Source of the DNA: Octopus sinensis
Lineage: Eukaryota
Reading direction: 5' to 3'
Assembly (NCBI RefSeq): GCF_006345805.1
Contig: NC_043005.1
Location: 59,458,001-59,522,000 of the forward strand
DNA: 64,000 nucleotides
In this document: positions 57,036 to 64,000 of the stretch, in pieces
Numbering within the stretch: position 1 is the stretch's first letter
Layout: the number at the start of each line of letters is the position of its first letter
Notes under the pieces: model-generated
Told to the model about the DNA's origin: nothing
What the model saw: only the letters and a program-made list of their open reading frames with translations
Databases searched by the model: none
Translations under genes and position numbers: made by a program

Positions 57036-57907
57036 AATATTTGTTGTGCAAGATTTTTTTATGTGAAGTGTGTTGAAACAGATATTGTTATATTTCGGAA
57101 TGGTCATTTTGCCAGTTTATATATGGCGACATGGTCACTCGGGCTGTTCGGGCTTAGCCCGAGCATAAATTCAGTAAATTGAACGTATATTTGCGAGCTG
57201 ATTTCATTTGAAGTATGTTATTTCAACCAATAATTCGGGCTCCTATTATTGATCCTGGTCGCAGTTCATTTATTTTCGTTCAGCGTCTGGCGGTCGTCTT
57301 AGAGGTGCCCTTTGTCAAAAAATGTCATTCGCAGCAGACGTTCTCTCGACATTTTTCCCACGCATCTGACTCGTTCTCAGAAGTTACAGCCCGAATTGTT
57401 GTGTTAATCGTAAAAATTAAAAGTAATTCAAACTCAATGTTTTCTTGAAACAATAATTTTCTATAGTGATTAAAATTCAAATTCCAGTCTATGAAAACTG
57501 TCCGTTTCACAGTATTCTTAAAGGAACGAAAAATTATCCAGCAACTCGGGCGATTACGAACGAGTCTGGTAGGCATAAGAGGCTAACTGGCATCTCTTAT
57601 CAAGACTACAAGCGACAGCAAGATCGCTGATGTTTGTTGTGCACTCCACTGTCTTATTTGGTTGCTGTTGTTCTGTGAATCTTTGTATAAAATCAGTTGT
57701 GTTTTGCAGGGTTGCTTTATTTTTAACCTTAACTTAGACATGGAGTAAAACATAGTATTACATATAAAAAAAATATGCCATTTGGGGCTAGAGATATTGC
57801 GGAAAAACGTGAAATTCTTCAAGCAGGCATGTGTCTTATGCGAAATCTGTGATGAGCCCGATTGGCGCTGGTGACTTGGAGTCGCCTCTGATACATATCT
57901 ATATCTA

Positions 57908-57994
<87 letters not shown>

Positions 57995-57999
57995 ACATA

Positions 58000-58076
<77 letters not shown>

Positions 58077-58089
58077 GCATGTATGTTTG

Positions 58090-58130
<41 letters not shown>

Positions 58131-58495
58131 CCGCGCTTGCTACCTTTGCTAATCCTGAATTGTTACTCGTGACTAAGTACGCATAGAGACATTTGACTAA
58201 ACACATTCCATAACCAACCAATCCTGAAATTATGGGTTTGAGAAACTGGTAGTGTCTAAGACTATAACAAGAACTCTCTGCCTCACTACACGTTTCTATT
58301 TTTTAGTAAATCAAGTCAATCAGTATCATTCAGCGGAATTTGGTTGCAGGTGTGGCGAGACTGTAAAATGCCTCTGAAAATGGCGCTACGATTCGGGTTT
58401 TCAGTAGCCGAATCTTTAAGTAGTTTGTTCGTTTTCCATGCAAATATTACAACATGCAAACATCATTTTCTGAATTTTCATTACTTCCTCTCCAG

Positions 58496-58776
58496 CTGTA
58501 CGTCAGCAGTAAAAGACTGAAAAATCTATTGTCGCCGCTTCAAGACTTCCCTGGTGATTTGATGGCGAAATATAGTACCTTGCCACCAATTGGTCAAAAC
58601 AGAGAAACTAACCAATTAAGTACGAAAAGTTACACAAAATCTGAAACATTACTTTGGAAAAAACCAGTGATGCCGGCTTGTTTGGAACTGCCAGTATCAA
58701 TTTCTGCCCGGACATTAAGCCCTGAAGGGTACGAAATTCTTTATCAGAAAGATTACCGAAGATTTTTGATAAACAA
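58496..58776 (+). CDS. CFAP65: CFAP65-like internal coding exon D (281 nt, phase 0-2)
   Basis: ttacttcctctccAG acceptor, AA|gtaagt donor just before the in-frame TAA. LYVSSKRL...MAKYSTLPPIGQN...KPVMPACLELPVSISARTL...RRFLINK contains KYSTLPPI, matching recalled human KYKTLPPI. Lies inside track ORF 58454-58780. Confidence 0.78.
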
Positions 58777-58955
58777 GTAAGTAAAATGGAAATTTCGATT
58801 ATCATTTCTTATATCGGAGATGTACTTGCATAGCAAGTGACCTGATCTGAGATCGTGTGCTGGAACGAAAACATTTGCATCGTGGAAGGTGTTTATAAGC
58901 CATTTAAGAAACACACAAAAACCGTTAGATTCACTTCAACATTTAAATGTAATTA

Positions 58956-59000
58956 GTCAAAATATTTTCGTCGCTTTGAGACCGCGACCTGTTCACTGAC
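58956..59000 (-). ncRNA. Minimal type-I hammerhead-like motif, G3:C8 variant (left arm)
   Basis: Minus strand reads GUCA-GUGAACA-G-GUCGC(ggucucaaa)GCGAC-GAA-AAUAUU-U-UGAC: helix I GUCA/UGAC, 5-bp helix II, palindromic helix III AAUAUU. Confidence 0.6.
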
Positions 59001-59034
59001 AAAACTGGCACATAGAACAGCAGCACGGAGTTTC

Positions 59035-59079
59035 GTCAGTGAACAGGTCGTGGTCTCAAAGCGACGAAAATATTTTGAC
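59035..59079 (+). ncRNA. Minimal type-I hammerhead-like motif, G3:C8 variant (right arm, sense to CFAP65)
   Basis: GUCA-GUGAACA-G-GUCGU(ggucucaaa)GCGAC-GAA-AAUAUU-U-UGAC. Confidence 0.6.
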
Positions 59080-59822
59080 AAATTATATTTAAATGTTGAA
59101 GTGAATCTAACGGTTTTTGTGTGTTTCTCAAATGGCTTAAAAACACCTTCCACGCTGCAATTGATTTCTTATATCGTGTAACTGGAAACAATAGTTATTG
59201 GTGATAGATTTACAATGGAATAATCTCAGGTGAAGACAATATTCAAACAGTCCTCATTTATGAGATTGTGCGATTACGTAGCATATATCACGTTTTCTCT
59301 AATTGTTTAAGGTGTCTTATGTAGTCGCGAGCTGATGTAGACATTGTCTTCGCCCGTCTCTCAATCTACCCATGGTAGTATCTATGACGTGATAGTTAGA
59401 TCAAGCGGGAAGCGATTTATTGTGGCCACATAGAATGGCATTACGGAAGAGCTACGTACCTTACACAAGGACAAACGCGCTGTCACAAAATTGAATATAT
59501 GTACATGTGATCCTGGGATGATTAAGTAAAGTACTAGGCGGCGCACCTTCCCAAAAATTAGTTTTCCGATTATAATAAGAAAAACAGGGCTTCAGAATTT
59601 ATACTACATTGAATCGGTATATGGATGCATTTATATATAAAAGCAGATTATAGCGTATACGAGGTATTTGCGAAAGATGGACAGCAATGTACTGAAGATT
59701 TAGGAGTGTGTAGCTTCTCTGGAATACAGGCGCAAAACGTTTTCTCCAAAAGAGAGTAATATACTCGCATGAGTGTGTGCACGTGTGCATGATATTATCA
59801 TTAACTTTTCCATCAATATCAC

Positions 59823-59896
<74 letters not shown>

Positions 59897-60389
59897 CACC
59901 ATCATCATCATCATAATCATCATCAACATCATCATCATCGTCATTATTATACATTTGACTTTATATTATATATTATTATATATTTGACTTGAGGTCACCC
60001 AGAGACATCAAGAGACAAGTTAGAAGTTCATCTTGGTGTTACGGCTAGGATGCCATATATTTGGTTTTGTACATAGTGTCGTTGTAGAGAATGTTTAAGA
60101 AACCACAAGAAAATTATGTGTTTGTTTTAAAATTTGAGATTGCATTGACAGTATTTTACGTAGGATATGGGCAATTCCCATGAGCATTATCTTTTGAATT
60201 TCTGCCATTTGGGGGTTTCCTCATATCTGAGCCAGGTAGCAATCAGCCCCTTTTGCTATCATTCCTGGGTAGCGATGATTAAGCTTCCAGTCTTTATTAT
60301 TATTATAATAATTGTTGTTGTTGTTATTATTATTTTTTTTGATGTTGTTGTTGCGCTTCTTTTACTTCTTCTTTTGCTTCTTGTAAAGC

Positions 60390-60815
60390 AGTGAGCTGGC
60401 AGATTTGTTAGCACGCAGGGAAAAATGCTTAGTTGCATTTCGTCCGTCTGAGTTTAAATTCCTCCGAGATTGACTTTGCTTTTCATCCGTTCGAGGTCGA
60501 TGACATAGGTACCTGTTGAGCACTGGGGCCGAAAAAAAAAAAGCCTGCTGGCGTTCTACCCAAATTTTAAACCATAATTATTATTATTATAAGGCAGCAA
60601 GCTGTCTGGACCGTTAGCACGCTGGAGTAGTTGCTTTGCAGCAATTTGTCCTTCTTCACGTTCTCAGCTCAAATCTCGCCGAGGTCCACTTTGCCTTTCA
60701 TCCTTCCAGTGTCGAAGAGATAAGTACCAGTTGACCATTGGATGCGATGTAAATGACTTTACAACCTCTCCCAAAACTGGTGACCTCATGCCAAAATTTG
60801 GAACCATTATTATTG
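60390..60815 (+). mobile_element. Two old family-B-related SINEs with alternative tail (CCAAAATTTGAAACC)
   Basis: GAGCTGGCAG.TT.GTTAGCACG...GACTTTGCC.TTTCATCC.TTCG...CCAAAATTTGGAACCATT. Similar partial copies at ~23812-23950 and ~26560-26715. Confidence 0.65.
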
Positions 60816-61329
60816 TCTTTTTCTCAGTGTTGAATACAGACATGTATTAGAATTTTGTAGAATCTGGTATAATTCTGTTTCAGAACCATTGATGAATGAG
60901 CTTTTTTTCATAGCTTAAACTTTGATGAAATAATACGGTTTGTCGAACTCCAGTTACACGCAAACACACACACACACACATACACGCATATACATACATA
61001 CATAATTTATATATATACATAATTTACATACATAATTTATATAAGGGTAGAAATTGATATTAATAAATTAAAACCAGTGGCTTGGCATATTTAAAAAATC
61101 CGAAGATTAAAAATTGTGTTACATGCACAATTTAGAGGACTGACCACGAAAGTGTACAAACTATAGGCTAAACATAGACGTCAAATTGCCATTACCAAGA
61201 AGAATGTGTTCCCAAGAAAAATCTCAGCAAAAACCCAAAATTTAAAAATAAGCAAGACAAATGAAAATATACGAAATTAAAAACGATTACCTATGTACCA
61301 TTGGTTTCACTTGTTAATATTTACGTATT

Positions 61330-61364
<35 letters not shown>

Positions 61365-61686
61365 GGGGGGGGAGATACTGTTAAAGAAAGGGGAAGTTGT
61401 TAAATAATACAGATAATTACATATGGTATATTTTAGCTGTAATTTCATTCTGGCATTAATTGTGCAAATTGTAAATTGAAGCCAAATATTTGGAAGGAAA
61501 AAGGAAATAGAATAGTTTTGGTCTATTCTTTCTACTCCGATAACTATGCCGCGATTTGGATTGTTTCCAGTGTTAAGATATGGATGTACTCATGGCGTTT
61601 CTTTTGTTAATATAATGTTTGTGTGGATATTCTGTACTGTTGTAATTATTGAAGTCTTAATATGAGAGAGAGAGAGACAGTTAGAT

Positions 61687-61718
<32 letters not shown>

Positions 61719-61940
61719 AGGAAATAAATAAGGAAAAATGAGGTCTAACGACGTTTCAAGCTTTGGATACAAACAAAATAGCCCGTCTATACTAGTAGAA
61801 AATCAGAAAATAGTGGATAGCTTTGATTCCCTGTTGAGTTATATTGTGTAAATTTTGTTCCATAAATAATATTTAAATGAATTTACACACATAAACGCAG
61901 AAACATCTCTACACATTCAAACACACACGTATGTGTTTGT

Positions 61941-61971
<31 letters not shown>

Positions 61972-62202
61972 AGTGTGTGTGTATGTATGTGCCTGTGTAT
62001 CTATAATGCACATAGCTACAGGCGAAAGTTCCAACTGTACTCAACGCCGAAAGACGAGAGTTGTTTACGGTTATTGCAGCTGGCACCACGCATCTAGCTA
62101 TTTGAATGTTACATTGTACGTTATAAGACTGGCTGATTTAAATATTTAGATGCCTTTGATATCTAACCGGTTGCAATAAAAATTACATATCAATCATATA
62201 TC

Positions 62203-62430
62203 ATCATCATTTAATGTCCGTTGTCCATGATGGCATGGATTGCACCGTTTGACCAGAGCTGGCAAGCTGAGGAGCTGCACGAAAATCCAGTCTGATTTGG
62301 CATGGTTTCTAGGACCGGATGCCCTTCCTAACGCCAACCACTTTACAGAGTGTGCTGGTTGCTTTTACGTGGCACCGCACTGGCGCTTTTACGTCGCGCC
62401 GCACAAGCACTTTTACGTGTGTCTCGACGC
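62203..62430 (-). mobile_element. SINE 3' portion with (ATG)n tail (family G)
   Basis: CATCATCATTTAATGTCCGTTGTCCATG...GGATGCCCTTCCTAACGCCAACC. An older related + strand tail lies at ~3780-3925. Confidence 0.6.
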
Positions 62431-62683
62431 AGTCAAAGTTACAAATAATAACGTAAATGTTGAGGTAAAATCTTTTGGATACAAAAAGTAAAGGCTGCGC
62501 GTGGGATACGAATCCACATCTTTTGTACACATCACAGGCTTTCTAATGATGGACGGGAGCACTTGTTGAGATGTCTGAGATTTTATTTCAGAAAATTTGG
62601 AAACTCTATTTAGAAACTTATCCTTACCAATCAGAAATGTATGTTATTGATGTCATATGAATTTTAAAACATTGAGGTAATGT

Positions 62684-62919
62684 GGAATAATTATCTTTGG
62701 AAAAGTGGATCTCGAAGCAGATAAAGCTATAAATATTAGCGTGTAAATATCACATCTGAATAGAAAATGCTGGGGCCGGTAATCTTTCAAATTTCGGTAT
62801 CTATTTTAGAAAGATTATTCTTACCAGTGAGAATTGCGCGCAGTTGACTTAATATTTACACGCTATTACTTATATCTTTATATGCTTCGAGATCCACTCT
62901 TCCAAATGAGAATCATTTC
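62684..62919. mobile_element. Long-TIR MITE / fold-back (~70-bp arms, ~100-bp spacer)
   Basis: TTTGGAAAAGTGGATCTCGAAGCAGATAAAGCTATAAATATTAGCGTGTAAATAT is inverted as ATATTTACACGCTATTACTTATATCTTTATATGCTTCGAGATCCACTCTTCCAAA. A degenerate extra copy of the right arm lies at ~63095-63160. Confidence 0.7.
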
Positions 62920-63776
62920 ATGCTCTCTCGAAGTTAGTAAATTCTCATGATGCCAACAACATATAACTGCCACTGGTAAGAATATAGTTCTTAAACTGAA
63001 TGGAAAAAATTCGAAACCTTTCTCTGGTTTGGTAGTATAATCTTGTCCCACGAGTAGCCTTTGACCTTTTCTATCAGAAGGTTCATAACGCAATTTTTAT
63101 GCACTATTATTTATAGTTTTATGTGCTTCGAGACCCACTGTTCTGTAAAGAGTTATTTCACAGACCCTCGCTTATAAATTCAATATATGTATATTCGCGC
63201 ATGTGTTTGTGTGTATAAGTAAATTATTGTAGTCTCAGTTGTTGCAGGAGCATATATTTATATCTGTTTGTGTATGCATGCACGTTCGTCAGTTGAGTCG
63301 CTGGAAAATGTATAATTATGAAACTCTAATATGTACCGAAAACATAATATAAACACATGCGCACTTAGTTCCATCTTTATACCCCAAGAATTCAAATCGA
63401 ATGCCCTATCCGTGTATAAATTCTTATACACTATAAAAATATTTATGTTTTCTGACTTCTATTATGCATGCTGGTATAAATTATTTACTTAATATTTTTT
63501 ACTCCTTGTGTATATATATATATAAACATAGTAAATAGGGTTATAAAAATTAATTATTATTACCAGTGACCTAGCACAAAAGACGAATTAGTCATTAGAC
63601 TATATGTTATTCATATATAAATACATTAAAAGGCTTCCAAATAAAGAAGTGACTGCTAGATACACAAAAAGTTGATAAACGTTTTTGATTTTCATTCCAT
63701 TTCATGAATTTATCCCCTTTTTGTGTATCTAGCACTCGCTTCTTTATTTAGAAGCCTTTTAATGTATATATATATA

Positions 63777-64000
63777 ACGGGAAGCTTTATGAAAATAGAC
63801 AAAAGACGAAGGCAGGTTTACGGAAATAAACAAAAGACGAAGGCAGGTGGAATACAAACAAACAATTGTATTAGTATGGCGCTCAGGAAATATAAATAAA
63901 ACAAGTCTTTAACGTTTCGAGCCTACGCTCTTCAAAAGAAAGATACACAGAGAAAAAACACAGAAAGAAGGAGAGAAAAAAAAATATGCGTGCAGAGGCT
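63777..64000 (-). mobile_element. Penelope-like terminal fragment, family D, with internal partial duplication
   Basis: AACGGGAAGCTTTATGAAAATAGACAAAAGACGAAGGCAGGT is partly repeated in tandem. Motif UCUUU-CUUUUGA-A-GAGC(guag)GCUC-GAAACGUU-AAAGA at 63906-63943 has a damaged core. Confidence 0.6.

Larger units (their letters stand above)
58875..59160. repeat. 286-bp palindrome (132-bp arms, 22-bp spacer), probably inverted Penelope-like terminal repeats
   Basis: Arms 58875-59006 and 59029-59160 are reverse complements with ~7 mismatches. Spacer is GGCACATAGAACAGCAGCACGG. Confidence 0.92.

Noticed and set aside
62585-62640. AG...GT-bounded candidate for the next CFAP65 exon
   Set aside because: The frame required by the phase-2 exon D hits a stop, and there is no similarity to the expected downstream CFAP65 sequence.

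Overview
AT-rich, microsatellite-dense animal genomic DNA. The SINE families and repeat load suggest an octopod cephalopod (inference, not database-checked). The only host coding sequence I can support is four + strand exons (3089-3232, 19730-19846, 53703-53840, 58496-58776). They splice in frame via GT-AG introns of about 16.5, 33.9 and 4.7 kb and match, from recalled sequence, the C-terminal half of the cilia/flagella protein CFAP65 (CCDC108). The introns are filled with tRNA-derived SINEs (several families with swapped 3' modules), an internally deleted Helitron with both termini, an irritans-like mariner fragment, MITEs, a decayed Penelope GIY-YIG endonuclease and many Penelope-like terminal fragments sitting in (TA)n tracts. 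The most interesting signal is a set of about 14 minimal type-I hammerhead-ribozyme-like motifs in at least six unrelated repeat fragments. They share helix I / core / helix II / GAAA / palindromic helix III geometry and show apparent compensatory swaps of the tertiary 3:8 pair (C:G, G:C, U:A). Two pairs sit in fold-back palindromes, one only ~100 bp downstream of a CFAP65 splice donor. One 100-N assembly gap lies at 33093-33192. Repeat boundaries are read by eye and are approximate unless termini are stated.
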